Part shown: one piece after another, positions 12,416 through 22,186 of the stretch
How the letters are laid out: every line of letters starts with the position of its first letter
How positions within the stretch are numbered: position 1 is the stretch's first letter
IMG/VR virus record: IMGVR_UViG_3300020147_000065
Span: 124,001 to 188,000 of that record
Length of the DNA stretch: 64,000 nt
Direction: 5' to 3' (one strand)
Made by a program: the position numbers and the translations under genes
The notes under the pieces: generated by a model
Seen by the model: only the letters and a program-made list of their open reading frames with translations
Told to the model about the DNA's origin: nothing
The model's database searches: none

Positions 12416-13213
12416 TTACCTCTGTAAAACTTTATTCCATTTTCTTTGTAGTAAAGGAAGTCTTGAGTCGACCTGTGCTACAAAATCTTTTGTTTGCTCT
12501 TTAGTAAATCTCAATCTAAAAATAGAATTGAAAGCACCAAATGAACAAGGATACTGTACCATTGTCCCAATCCAACTGACCACTTTTGATGTTCCCAAGA
12601 AACTCATAGTTTTATTAGTTTCTACGTATCCATCACCATCAAATAATCCACATACGAATGCTATACTACATTCATGATTCAAATTTGTTGGTGGCTCAAG
12701 TATTAAAGACTTAGCAGGGATAATTCCAAAGTTTTCCTTCAGATCTTTAATCCACTGTGCTGCTCCACAAACAGTTAATCTTGTCCAGGGTCGAGGATTT
12801 GTTTTAGAAAATCCTCTATCATTCATGCCCTCATACAATTTCCCGTTAAAACCTACCTGAGACGCAAAAAGTTCCAGATGAACTTTATCTTTGCTATCCA
12901 GTTGGACTGATACTTGTTTATTTCTTGGGGTATCAATTATCCAACCGTCTGCGGCTAAGAACCCTGCCCAATAACTATTCAAAGGTGTTGGGTAAGTAAA
13001 GAAAGAAGAATCATACTCTAATTTCTTGTTCTTTTTACCGATAGCTGATTTAGCACATCTGGAACATTTCCAGTTTTCTTTTACGTATTGACGCTTTGTT
13101 TCTTTCTCAAGATTACAATCAGGACATTTCACGCAGACTAGTTTGTTAGAGCCTGATGAAAGTTCTAAGGGATTGTAACCAAAAGTAGACAAAGTTTTCT
13201 CGAACATTATCAT
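12416..13213 (-). CDS. Free-standing LAGLIDADG homing endonuclease with N-terminal zinc ribbon
   Basis: Two motifs YWAGFLAADGW and FVCGLFDGDGY; N-terminal CPDC...CSRC. Confidence 0.9.
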   Translation of the reverse strand: MIMFEKTLSTFGYNPLELSSGSNKLVCVKCPDCNLEKETKRQYVKENWKCSRCAKSAIGKKNKKLEYDSSFFTYPTPLNSYWAGFLAADGWIIDTPRNKQVSVQLDSKDKVHLELFASQVGFNGKLYEGMNDRGFSKTNPRPWTRLTVCGAAQWIKDLKENFGIIPAKSLILEPPTNLNHECSIAFVCGLFDGDGYVETNKTMSFLGTSKVVSWIGTMVQYPCSFGAFNSIFRLRFTKEQTKDFVAQVDSRLPLLQRKWNKVLQR

Positions 13214-13227
13214 AGCAAACCAGACAC

Positions 13228-13740
13228 TTAATAGTTTTTCAGGTTGCTCTTTATCTTATCCAAGTTCTTACAGTATTCTTCTACACCCTTCATTGTAAAA
13301 GTAGTATGTACAGCGTCTTTTGTTGTGTAACCTAAATCTGCGATTGTTGCGTAGATGTTGTATAAACGCTCCAATCGGATTGCCCGTTTTTCGTTAAGTG
13401 GAGAACTGTAGCTTCTATCGAGCACAAGTAATCGGGCACCGACAATTTCTCGTATATTATCTGAAGTAGAAAGACCTTTTTCGTCAATAAGTCTTCGTAC
13501 TTCTTTTTCGTTCAGAAGAATACCTTCATTTCTCATCTCTGACGTTTGTCCAACAAGTAAGCTTCGTAAGATTAAATGAGCCACAATATCATGTGGTTTA
13601 TCAAATATTTTAGCTATCCACACAACGAGATGAACACCTGTGTGCGCGTTCTTACGAGCGTCGGCTTCCGTAAAGCCGACGGCTTTGAAGAGATGAAAAA
13701 ATCTGATAAAGTGTTTTTGAGCCAAGAATTCAAGTAACAT
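13228..13740 (-). CDS. Hypothetical protein in tail module
   Basis: 170-aa ORF packed in the operon between chaperone-like genes and the endonuclease. Confidence 0.6.
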   Translation of the reverse strand: MLLEFLAQKHFIRFFHLFKAVGFTEADARKNAHTGVHLVVWIAKIFDKPHDIVAHLILRSLLVGQTSEMRNEGILLNEKEVRRLIDEKGLSTSDNIREIVGARLLVLDRSYSSPLNEKRAIRLERLYNIYATIADLGYTTKDAVHTTFTMKGVEEYCKNLDKIKSNLKNY

Positions 13741-13742
13741 TA

Positions 13743-14435
13743 TTAAGTCCTGTCTACAATCTTTACCTGAGGTGCCAGAGGATCAGATTCTCGTGGGGGA
13801 TCAGGTAACGTAATCCACAGCTTTTCAGGTAATTCTAAAGCTTTCATAATAGGTTTAACTAATATGAGTAGAACCTGTTCTGTGCTTGTCTGCCAGTTCC
13901 TTGCTATACCTTCAATGGTACGCATTGCTTGTACAAGGTCGTAGCAATAATCATACGCTTCGAGGGCGTCTTCTGTTCCGGCTAAAGACTTCACGATGTC
14001 GGTAAAAAATCCACTTTTCCTGGCTTCATCCACAAACGCGAATTCGTATGGACTCATTGCCAATGTAATCAATAGATTATTTAATCGAGCATTACCGTGA
14101 GGATTTAAAGTTTTGATTTGATGAAGCATGGCCACGTTTGATGGACCATAATCTTCTCTTGACCAGAATTGACGTGCTATGTCTTTATTTTGATTGAATT
14201 CCTTGACACCATAACAAAAATAGAGAATGCTGATTTCCTCGGCAATCTCTTCATCTGTCTGGAAAGTGGTCCAGTCCGTCAAATCAAAATGGGTTTCCTG
14301 GATATTATCTATCAATGCCCTCCCCTTTGAGGGGAGGGTCACGATAGTAAATTCGAGACGTGAAGCTTTATGCAAGAATTTGAATTCTAATCGCTCCAAC
14401 GCCTTCTTTACGTGGACAAGTCCTGTGGAAGACAT
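13743..14435 (-). CDS. Tail assembly chaperone-like protein (paralog 2)
   Basis: Position between tube-like genes and TMP; shares FxHxASxxEFxxxxxPS, GVxE and IKxLNP with 14435-15166. Confidence 0.5.
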   Translation of the reverse strand: MSSTGLVHVKKALERLEFKFLHKASRLEFTIVTLPSKGRALIDNIQETHFDLTDWTTFQTDEEIAEEISILYFCYGVKEFNQNKDIARQFWSREDYGPSNVAMLHQIKTLNPHGNARLNNLLITLAMSPYEFAFVDEARKSGFFTDIVKSLAGTEDALEAYDYCYDLVQAMRTIEGIARNWQTSTEQVLLILVKPIMKALELPEKLWITLPDPPRESDPLAPQVKIVDRT

Positions 14436-15166
14436 TACTCCTCCTCAACGGCTTCTCCGTTAGCAACTTCTTCTGCGATCTTAGCGGCAGGATTTTCTTC
14501 CTCTTCAGGCATTACTATCCAGCTACGCTCCATGCGCAAGCCCCATGTTTCAGCAGCGGCTTCGGCACCAGTAACGGTGAACATCGAGTCAAGGAATTGA
14601 TTAATAACCAGCGCGGCTTTAGGATTGAGACGATACTTCTTAATGAGATCATCTACGGCACCTGCAACCGAAAGGATTTTTAATATAACAATGAGCCAAC
14701 GCCCGGCACCAGCAGTAATCTGTACATCGCTGACAGCTTGCTGGGGTGGTGGGTTAAGTAGCTTAATAGCATTAATCAATTCGATGTTACTGAATCCCCA
14801 ACCGGGCTTCGTTAACATCTTATTGGCTAAGTCTTTATCTAACTTGGGTTCTGATACACCGTTTACAAGATAGATGAGCTGTCTTTTATGCTCTTCTGTA
14901 ACATCGGTGCTTTTACGTTGTCCCGTCATTTCGTCGTATTCAACGACGTTTTCCAAGTTTGTATAGGCCGTGGATGGCATTCTTTGAACTTTAAATTCAA
15001 TACCGGAAGCCTCATGGACAAATGAACGGGTTTCTACTGCGGGGGCACTCAGGGCTTTAAGAATGTTTTCCTGAGTAGGGGCAAGGGCCTGACCCGCCCC
15101 CTCATGCTTTTGGTTAAACAAGAGGGGAGCGGGATCAAGCAAATCGGTCTTAATTTCTTCAGACAT
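14435..15166 (-). CDS. Tail assembly chaperone-like protein (paralog 1)
   Basis: Position after tube-like genes; FVHEASGIEFKVQRMPS and GVSEPKL motifs resemble tail chaperones. Confidence 0.55.
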   Translation of the reverse strand: MSEEIKTDLLDPAPLLFNQKHEGAGQALAPTQENILKALSAPAVETRSFVHEASGIEFKVQRMPSTAYTNLENVVEYDEMTGQRKSTDVTEEHKRQLIYLVNGVSEPKLDKDLANKMLTKPGWGFSNIELINAIKLLNPPPQQAVSDVQITAGAGRWLIVILKILSVAGAVDDLIKKYRLNPKAALVINQFLDSMFTVTGAEAAAETWGLRMERSWIVMPEEEENPAAKIAEEVANGEAVEEE

Positions 15167-15195
15167 AAAAAAGGTTTCTCCGAGTGAGTAATTCC

Positions 15196-15774
15196 TTAAA
15201 TGAAGTTGACACCCTCAGCTTCTTCGTATGTAAATACTCCGCCGCTTTCGGTAACAGTTGCTTCCTGACCGCTGTAAGGCGCACCAGGGTTGGCTGTGTT
15301 GGGGTGAGGTGCCGGAGCAAGATTCTCAGCAGCAGTGTAACCAAGCGCACGAATTGTGGCTCGAACAGTTGCTAACTGATCCTTGGACAAGTCAAGAGAG
15401 CTACGCTCAATAACCCACTTACCGAACTTACGAAGGTAATCGGTCTTGAAAAGACCTTGAACAGTGAAGTAGTCAATTACCTTTCCGGCAATCAAGAATT
15501 CAATGTCTTCCTTTGCTTCAGTAATATCGTAGGGTAGATATAACTCAGTTTCAAACTGGGGTGGCTCTTCTCGCATTACCTGGTATTGCTTCATGGTCGA
15601 ACCACCATTGGTGTTTTCGATCACGTCAACGCTACCTGAGTGCGAGCAACGACTCCAGCAGTAAAAGTTCCTGGTATCACCATCAATGCTGATAGTAAGA
15701 TAACTTACATGTTTACCGTGGTGCTTGTCAATACCGCGAACCGGGTAGGATTCATATCCAGTTACAGTTGCCAT
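15196..15774 (-). CDS. Tail tube-like protein (paralog 2)
   Basis: 192 aa beta-rich; aligns by eye with 15794-16324 (YxWxR, ENT...STxKQYQxxREEP, RxxIRxLGY); GGAG SD. Confidence 0.55.
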   Translation of the reverse strand: MATVTGYESYPVRGIDKHHGKHVSYLTISIDGDTRNFYCWSRCSHSGSVDVIENTNGGSTMKQYQVMREEPPQFETELYLPYDITEAKEDIEFLIAGKVIDYFTVQGLFKTDYLRKFGKWVIERSSLDLSKDQLATVRATIRALGYTAAENLAPAPHPNTANPGAPYSGQEATVTESGGVFTYEEAEGVNFI

Positions 15775-15793
15775 TTAAATGTTCTCCTTTTGA

Positions 15794-16324
15794 TTAGAAC
15801 GAGTTTACTACGCTCTCATCGAAACTTGCACCGTAATCATCGTAGTCATCAGCGCCTTCCTCGGCTTGTTCAATGGCAGTTGTGCCATAACCAAGTCCTC
15901 GGATACGCATACGCAATGAGGTGAAGTCATCACGGTTCACATCGGCGTTTGAGCTTTCAATAATGAGAGCACCGAAACGGCAATCATGATCGGCTCCACT
16001 GACACGCATAACGTTGTCAAGTAATTCGCAATAGAAACGTTCCAGAATTACACCCGGACGGAAGTCATAGATGAAATCTGAAGCATTTACTCCATTACCG
16101 GGAATTGCTGACTCAAGTTCAATTGTGCAGGGTTCCTCACGGATGATTTGATACTGCTTAATTGTCGAGCAAGCGTCTGTATTTTCTCTCAGGTCAATGG
16201 AGGTTGTGAAGGTGAGGCGGGTCCACCAGTACAGGTTGCGGTTTGCAGTGATGCTGCAAATACCCTTACCCCATAACTTATCGAAACCGACTTTACCGCC
16301 AACTTTGTTTGGCTGAACAGGCAT
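15794..16324 (-). CDS. Tail tube-like protein (paralog 1)
   Basis: 176 aa following the terminator-like gene; AGGAG SD; paralog of the next gene. Confidence 0.55.
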   Translation of the reverse strand: MPVQPNKVGGKVGFDKLWGKGICSITANRNLYWWTRLTFTTSIDLRENTDACSTIKQYQIIREEPCTIELESAIPGNGVNASDFIYDFRPGVILERFYCELLDNVMRVSGADHDCRFGALIIESSNADVNRDDFTSLRMRIRGLGYGTTAIEQAEEGADDYDDYGASFDESVVNSF

Positions 16325-16338
16325 GGTGTTTTCACTCC

Positions 16339-16878
16339 TTAGGATTCTTCATTCAGTACGTAAGTCTCAAATACCAGCCTCATTGGATTTTGATACTCTG
16401 CGCCCTGAAAATTAACGCGTTCGTCTTTTAGTTCTATATTGTGTACCCCTAACTCGGACAGTTCTCTTCGATATTTATCGAGGTTAAAAATCTGTTTTAT
16501 AGAGCTACACACCTTGGAGGCAATCTCACCATTGGTTCCTAAAGCAATCACCTTACGGGACTGATTAGTTATGCTAATCTGGGGCGTCTTTCTGTCTGGT
16601 GGTGCTGGTTTTTGTTCTGTTTCTTCTACTCGAATATCCAGAACAACAATCAACTGATGTTCATTGAACTGACCCATACAGTAAGAGTCTCTGTCGCTAC
16701 CCAACTTATGTATACGAATGAATACGACTCCGGTTGGTTCTTCTTCCCCAAATTTTATTACTTTTAAACCTTTTTGACCAATACCGTCCGCCCAGGGGCG
16801 TCTTTTAAAGGTTTCTTCTAAAAACCATTTAAGGTTTTCAGCGCAATGATCTTCGAAATCAGAACCAAGTTTCCACAT
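16339..16878 (-). CDS. Tail terminator/completion-like protein
   Basis: Size and position between neck genes and tube-like genes. Confidence 0.45.
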   Translation of the reverse strand: MWKLGSDFEDHCAENLKWFLEETFKRRPWADGIGQKGLKVIKFGEEEPTGVVFIRIHKLGSDRDSYCMGQFNEHQLIVVLDIRVEETEQKPAPPDRKTPQISITNQSRKVIALGTNGEIASKVCSSIKQIFNLDKYRRELSELGVHNIELKDERVNFQGAEYQNPMRLVFETYVLNEES

Positions 16879-16879
16879 A

Positions 16880-17241
16880 TTACATTCCCATTAACATATT
16901 ACGTTGAACTTGCATAGTCTTACGTCTATGTCCAATCAACGATTCCTGGAAAGCAGCAGATGCCCAGTTTTTCTTTTGAAGAAGAACATTAGCATATTCA
17001 GAGACATTGTAGACCATGTCTCCGGTTACCCTTTCCGCTGCTCTTAATTCTCCGGTAGGTGCTCTTGATGTACCAATATATCTGGATTCCTGATAAATCA
17101 TTTCATCCATTTTTTTAAGACGGATTCTCTTTGTTTCCATCGCCATAATGCGAGGTAAAGAAGCCGCGTTTCGGAGTGCATTAGCGCGTTTTTCATATAA
17201 ACGTGCTAACTCTCCCGCATTAGTACTAAGGCTCAAGCGCA
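16880..17241 (-). CDS. Neck/tail completion protein (HK97 gp10-like position)
   Basis: Basic ~120-aa protein with TGELRAA motif; likely start MRLSLSTN at 17241 rather than 17302. Confidence 0.45.
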
Positions 17242-17735
17242 TAGTCGTTTTCTCCAAACTTTCGGTCAGGAAGTTTAAGAACAAGAAGACCAAACTTACC
17301 ACCGGTTTCGCTGTCTGGAAGCCGGTCGAGCACCTTTGTTATATTGGCTTGAAGAGTAAGCATTGCTTTTTCTGCTAAAGTACAGAATCGCTCTCCTCTT
17401 TTAACCCATTCTTCTTTAGTAGTATCAATTAAAGAGAAAACACTACACAGTGCTTTATACTTAATTGCTTCCTGCCTCTGGGCTTCCCATCCATCCAGAA
17501 TCTTCTGGAGTGAATGAACAGCCATTGAAGGATAGGCTTTAGCCAATGCAGTAACGGCCAGTGGATAGCTATAGGGTAAACTAATCTGTTGCAGTTGCCC
17601 GTCTACGTAAGCCACAGCGCCGGGTAAAATTGTTTTTTCTATCCAGCGTACCGCGTCCTCTTCTGATGAATGTGAAACGGCATCAACATCTATTTGTGCA
17701 TCTCGCCAGATTAATTCAGCTTGTGTAAGAGGCAT
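17226..17735 (-). CDS. Head-tail adaptor-like protein
   Basis: Helical protein following the capsid region; likely start MPLTQAE after a GGGGAG SD. Confidence 0.45.
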   Translation of the reverse strand: MPLTQAELIWRDAQIDVDAVSHSSEEDAVRWIEKTILPGAVAYVDGQLQQISLPYSYPLAVTALAKAYPSMAVHSLQKILDGWEAQRQEAIKYKALCSVFSLIDTTKEEWVKRGERFCTLAEKAMLTLQANITKVLDRLPDSETGGKFGLLVLKLPDRKFGENDYALEP

Positions 17736-17792
17736 GGTACTCCCCAAAAAATAAACCCCGCAGGTTTTTCTACCCACGGGGTTTCATTGCGT

Positions 17793-18014
17793 TTATTCCC
17801 CAACGGGTTTTCCCCAGGAATTAACCAATGGACCGTCAGGACCAAGACGGAATACTGGTCGTTCTTTCTTGGGTGCAGCCTTCTTGGAGGCTTCCTTGGG
17901 GGCTACGTTCTTTTCTACTGCTTCGGCGGCTTTAGGAGCCTTTACACCGGTATCGCTCAGATCGGAACCGCCAACGCCCTCAGCGGTGTCAGCTTTCTTT
18001 GTTGCTTCTGCCAT
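17793..18014 (-). CDS. Small Lys/Ala-rich protein after the capsid gene
   Basis: 73 aa with GGGAG SD. Confidence 0.6.
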   Translation of the reverse strand: MAEATKKADTAEGVGGSDLSDTGVKAPKAAEAVEKNVAPKEASKKAAPKKERPVFRLGPDGPLVNSWGKPVGE

Positions 18015-18034
18015 TTTATTTATTCTCCCTTCTA

Positions 18035-18060
18035 AGGGGGAGGCCCGAAGACCTCCCCCG
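18035..18060 (-). terminator. Hairpin downstream of the major capsid gene
   Basis: GGGGGAGG...CCTCCCCC inverted repeat just after the MCP stop; no clear U-tract. Confidence 0.45.
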
Positions 18061-18065
18061 GTTAA

Positions 18066-19190
18066 TTAGAAGATGGTGTAGGAAGTGGGAGCTACATATT
18101 CTGTCGCAGCAGAATCAATGTAAAGAACCACAACCTTGTGACGCTGCCAAGGAGCAATTCCGTAGTAGCGGTCGAACACTTCCGCGTGTAGCGGATAGGT
18201 GCGATGCTCGTAACGAAGTCCGAGTTCAGCGTTGCGTCCACCGGGCATTACACGGTAAGCGAGAGGCTTGTCGCCAGGCTGACCGAGGTCGGCTACAACA
18301 AGATACTTCTGAGGTACCCAGCTACGAACGGTAACAAGAGCACCGTCGAAGTAACCGATGTTACGGTTGTACTGGTTCTCGAAGTCGAGAGTCTCGCCAA
18401 CAGCGTAAGCGCGGTTGGGGTCAACTACGTTGGCCTGAGGGAAAGCGTAGAAGCTACCGTCAGATGCGAAGTTGAAGAATGCCTGTACGAAGGCGTTCGA
18501 GATGAAGATACGGACACGTCCGCTTGTTCCATGCTCACGAAGGTTGGTTAGTGCAGAGCGTACAGCCGTGCGGTCCAACTCAGTCGCGTACATGTAGTGG
18601 TTGTGTGTATCAGGATCGAACAACGTGCCATCAATAGCAGCAGGAACGGGCTTGCCGTCGCCATTAAGGAAGGCGTAGATGGGGATAGAACGATAGTCTA
18701 CCATGTAGTCTTCGTAATCCTCATCGTTTGTGGGGTTGAAGATCGCGTTCATCAAAGTGGTGCGGAAGTCCGCAACGTCACCAAGAAGAATAGCGCGTAC
18801 TGTCAACTGGAACTTAGCCAGAGACATTTCTTCAAGCGCACGGGTTGTCCACTGGACAGCCGCTTCGGACTTCTCAAGAGGGAAGCCCATTGTGGTACCA
18901 GTACGAACCTTCGATACGAGCGGGTTCGAATACTCGTTACCACGGACCATGCGGATGCGGGGTACGCCACCGTACACGGCCTGATAGTCGGTTGTAACCT
19001 GGCAGAGTTCATCTACCATTTCTGCAACCAACGAGTTATGAATCTCAAGAACACGAGCTACTTCAGCGTAAGCCTCTTCTTCACCGAAATCGGCTACGGA
19101 GATTTCGCCGGTATTAACTCCACCGAAGTTAAGAACTGGGCTGGTGTCTCTAAGATCGTGTGTGCCTAATCCCATTAGTTCACTTGCCAT
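18066..19190 (-). CDS. Major capsid protein
   Basis: 374 aa after scaffold and decoration genes; strong AGGAGTG SD; distinctive high-expression-like codon usage; HTHY-like HNHY motif seen in related capsid proteins. Confidence 0.8.
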   Translation of the reverse strand: MASELMGLGTHDLRDTSPVLNFGGVNTGEISVADFGEEEAYAEVARVLEIHNSLVAEMVDELCQVTTDYQAVYGGVPRIRMVRGNEYSNPLVSKVRTGTTMGFPLEKSEAAVQWTTRALEEMSLAKFQLTVRAILLGDVADFRTTLMNAIFNPTNDEDYEDYMVDYRSIPIYAFLNGDGKPVPAAIDGTLFDPDTHNHYMYATELDRTAVRSALTNLREHGTSGRVRIFISNAFVQAFFNFASDGSFYAFPQANVVDPNRAYAVGETLDFENQYNRNIGYFDGALVTVRSWVPQKYLVVADLGQPGDKPLAYRVMPGGRNAELGLRYEHRTYPLHAEVFDRYYGIAPWQRHKVVVLYIDSAATEYVAPTSYTIF

Positions 19191-19232
19191 TTAAATATCA
19201 CTCCTATTGTGTTATTCTCAGCCAGAGACAAC

Positions 19233-19637
19233 TTATTTATCCCAGTTGGCCTCAAAGTGGATTTCTCCGCGAAGACCACCGTAAGCCACAGGCTTTCCGT
19301 TTGGTGTGTCGCTGAGAGCACCCGCTGTTACGGCGCTCAGGTAATACTTCTGTCCGGGTACAATGTCCTCGGAATAGGCGAACACAATGCTCTTATAAAG
19401 AGTTAAAGGTTTGCCAGGACGGTTGCGGTTAGCAGCAATACCATATACGGTTGTTGAGTTAGCTCCTCCACCGGCATAAAGTGCCTTGCGGAAGGTGCCA
19501 TCCGAATGCAGGTAGCAAAGGTCACCATAGTCAATTACTTCCGAGCCACCGATCACGCCATCAATCTGGTTCTCAGGCGTATTAGTCTGAGAAGCCAGGC
19601 TTGGAGAGAGGTCTGCTCGCTTTGTGATGTCAGCCAT
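19233..19637 (-). CDS. Capsid decoration/cement protein
   Basis: 134 aa, GDLCYL...G...PGQKYYLS..AGALSDT pattern, located between scaffold and MCP. Confidence 0.7.
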   Translation of the reverse strand: MADITKRADLSPSLASQTNTPENQIDGVIGGSEVIDYGDLCYLHSDGTFRKALYAGGGANSTTVYGIAANRNRPGKPLTLYKSIVFAYSEDIVPGQKYYLSAVTAGALSDTPNGKPVAYGGLRGEIHFEANWDK

Positions 19638-19653
19638 TTACGTTACTCCTTGT

Positions 19654-20334
19654 TTATCCGTACATACCAGACCTTACTAAAGAACGACGGATTTCGTCCT
19701 TACTTTTCGTATCTGGTGTGTTGCCCCCACCTTGTCTCGCATCTTGCGGATCAGGTGGTGAAGCAGGTGGTTTTGGATTAGTAGTACCACCAAGGTCTAC
19801 TAAACCTTTTGCCAATAAATAAGCAGACCATCGTTCCTGCGCAGACTTAGTCTCGCGCGTTCCGATGACTTGCTTGGCCTTTTCGGGCCAATTCTCAGTC
19901 AACGTATCAACGGTATCATTTTTCAGATCGTCGTTTGCTTTCTCGGCCTTTGTTCTGGCTTCCGTCTCGGCAGCCAGTTTGGTTTCGAGTGTTGCAGCAG
20001 TTGTCTGAGCTTTGGTGAGTTCTGTGAGTCGAGTTTCTGCAACCTTCTTCCAGTCACCTTTTGCGACCTCTGCTTCCTGCTTTGCAGCATCAGCAGCTTT
20101 CTCCGCATCAGTCTTCTCTTTAGCAAGAGTTCTTACTTCTTGACGAAGCTTCTTGTAAAGTACTGTTGGGTCTTTCTTCAGTTGCTCAAGGTCTTCAGGA
20201 GAAATTGCTTCCTCGTTCTCTTCAGTATTCTCACCTGCTGGATTTACAGGTTCCGATGCCTTGGCTCCTGGCTTCTCCGTCTCGGATGCAGGAGGCGTCT
20301 CGCCTCCGGTAGGAGTTACGTTCTCTTCAGCCAT
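19654..20334 (-). CDS. Capsid scaffolding protein
   Basis: Acidic flexible N-terminus, coiled-coil Ala/Glu/Lys core, Pro-rich linker and short basic C-terminal helix; likely start MAEENVT after AGGAG. Confidence 0.75.
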   Translation of the reverse strand: MAEENVTPTGGETPPASETEKPGAKASEPVNPAGENTEENEEAISPEDLEQLKKDPTVLYKKLRQEVRTLAKEKTDAEKAADAAKQEAEVAKGDWKKVAETRLTELTKAQTTAATLETKLAAETEARTKAEKANDDLKNDTVDTLTENWPEKAKQVIGTRETKSAQERWSAYLLAKGLVDLGGTTNPKPPASPPDPQDARQGGGNTPDTKSKDEIRRSLVRSGMYG

Positions 20335-20449
20335 GTTGTTATCAATGCTCCTTATGTTCTGAAATGAATTCAGTATCATCTATTTGCAAACGGCACGTAA
20401 AATACCCGCGTTCCCACGAAAATCAAAATATACCATAAAAAATTGTAAT

Positions 20450-22186
20450 TTAGGTATTATTTGACCCTCCAGCGACCGATTGGGACGCTACTGAGCGACT
20501 AATTGATGTTCCGGGGCTATTTCCACCGGATGCTGGAGCGGTGCCTGAAGCACCGCGAACAGCCTTAGCTGCTTGTGATGTTTGTGGGGTTGCCGAAGCT
20601 CCAGAAGGTACAATATACTTCTGGGCAACAGCGGATAACGTCTCCGCTTCCTCCTTCATTTCTGCAAGTTTTCGCTTGCGTTCTTCTTCACGCAACGTCT
20701 CAATTTCAGTTAAATCTTCTTCACTATATCCTTCTTTTATAAGAACATATTTTAGAGGAATATCTGCTCTCATTGCCGCTGCATATGAAATATATTTTTC
20801 ACGATTTGTAATAGCCTGGTCATATTCGGTTAGTTCGATAACCGGACGAGGATTAATCGTAAAGTCGAGATCACCTTTTGCGTAGGAATCCATATTGAAC
20901 GATAAGAATTTCTTCTGTTGTTCATTTAGGACAGCCCAGCCAGTGCCCTGCGCACGTTCGTTGGCTCTCATTCCACCAATTGCTACAAGCATTCTAAAAA
21001 GAGAAATAGTAGCATGGTCGTAATTCTTTGAAGCCTGTCTAACAGCGTGAACCAAGTCACCGAGAGACTTACCAACTGCCGGCCCCGTGGTTTGCGATAA
21101 TGTTTTTAGATAAGCATATACAGTAATCTCAGGGTGATCGTCAAGGATTTCCTGCCATGTATCTTTTAATACACCTACTGTTTGAGCAATATCAAGGTTA
21201 CCATCTAATTTATGAACTGAACCGTTTTCCGATGCTACTAAAAGAAACATGTCTTCGAGTAGGATAGGGCTGCCATCCAATTCAGAAGTAGGAGGGTTAA
21301 CGGTGCCCATGCCAGCAAGCAGGTTAGGAGATACGGATTGCTTGCGAAGATACATGCGCAAGCGAGTATAATCTGAGTTATATTCCTCGATTTTTCTCCA
21401 GTCTCTAATTGCAGGTTTTCCGGGAAGGAGATGAACACCAGGATCATTGTGTTTGCACCACACTAATGGACAAAAACCATAAGGGTTTTCATAGACAGGT
21501 GGAAGACCTTCATATCCGTAAGGATCGTCATTACGGAAAGTACGAATTTCTGTCTTAGTAACTTGCTTTTTCTTTGTGTAATATTCCTGTTTATCAGGGT
21601 CCCAAACTTCGATTACCTTCTCATACTCGATTACGTTTCCACGCGGGTCGAACTTAACGTCGGTAATTTGTTCCGGGCGAAGAACAGTCGGATATACCTG
21701 ACCACGGGTGAGGTCATCTGTGGCTTCTACGGGACCGTCTCCAAGAGAAGCACAATAGGTGATCCAGGTTGTTATATTACTTTCCCAGTTACCCCACTGC
21801 CAGATTTGACCAATAGCCCGACGTAGTTCGTCGGGCGTTTTGTCACTTAGAGGAATAGCAAGAGGAATATTATTGGCTACAGGATAGCCTGTGCTTGATA
21901 GATAGCCAGGATAGATATGAGATGCGTAAAACGAAACTACTCGTGAGAAAGGATTTTTAACACAGATAGTTTTTGGATGTAAGTCACGCTGCTTGAGATA
22001 AGGCCCCCACTTCTTGTTATCAACAAAAATGGTATTATCCAAAGCATTCTGCATCACATAATACTGAAACAGACGCTTTTCGTAAGTGCTGTTTGCAGGG
22101 TTGATATTTTCAAAGTTGTACCAGCGCGACTTGTATGAACCAAACAACTCGCTACCCATTCTGGCCACTCTACCTAATAGACTCAT
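20450..22186 (-). CDS. Portal protein
   Basis: 578 aa directly downstream of TerL; YENPYGFCPLVWCKH resembles the SPP1-type portal NPxGxxPxV motif. Confidence 0.85.
   Translation of the reverse strand: MSLLGRVARMGSELFGSYKSRWYNFENINPANSTYEKRLFQYYVMQNALDNTIFVDNKKWGPYLKQRDLHPKTICVKNPFSRVVSFYASHIYPGYLSSTGYPVANNIPLAIPLSDKTPDELRRAIGQIWQWGNWESNITTWITYCASLGDGPVEATDDLTRGQVYPTVLRPEQITDVKFDPRGNVIEYEKVIEVWDPDKQEYYTKKKQVTKTEIRTFRNDDPYGYEGLPPVYENPYGFCPLVWCKHNDPGVHLLPGKPAIRDWRKIEEYNSDYTRLRMYLRKQSVSPNLLAGMGTVNPPTSELDGSPILLEDMFLLVASENGSVHKLDGNLDIAQTVGVLKDTWQEILDDHPEITVYAYLKTLSQTTGPAVGKSLGDLVHAVRQASKNYDHATISLFRMLVAIGGMRANERAQGTGWAVLNEQQKKFLSFNMDSYAKGDLDFTINPRPVIELTEYDQAITNREKYISYAAAMRADIPLKYVLIKEGYSEEDLTEIETLREEERKRKLAEMKEEAETLSAVAQKYIVPSGASATPQTSQAAKAVRGASGTAPASGGNSPGTSISRSVASQSVAGGSNNT

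Noticed and set aside
12416-13213. LAGLIDADG gene as an intron-encoded ORF
   Set aside because: The predicted 5' splice site (12365/12364) and TMP exon 1 lie downstream of its stop codon, so it is outside the intron.
13743-15166. Programmed G/GT frameshift in tail chaperones
   Set aside because: The two genes are joined by TAATG coupling and are paralogs; no convincing slippery site seen.
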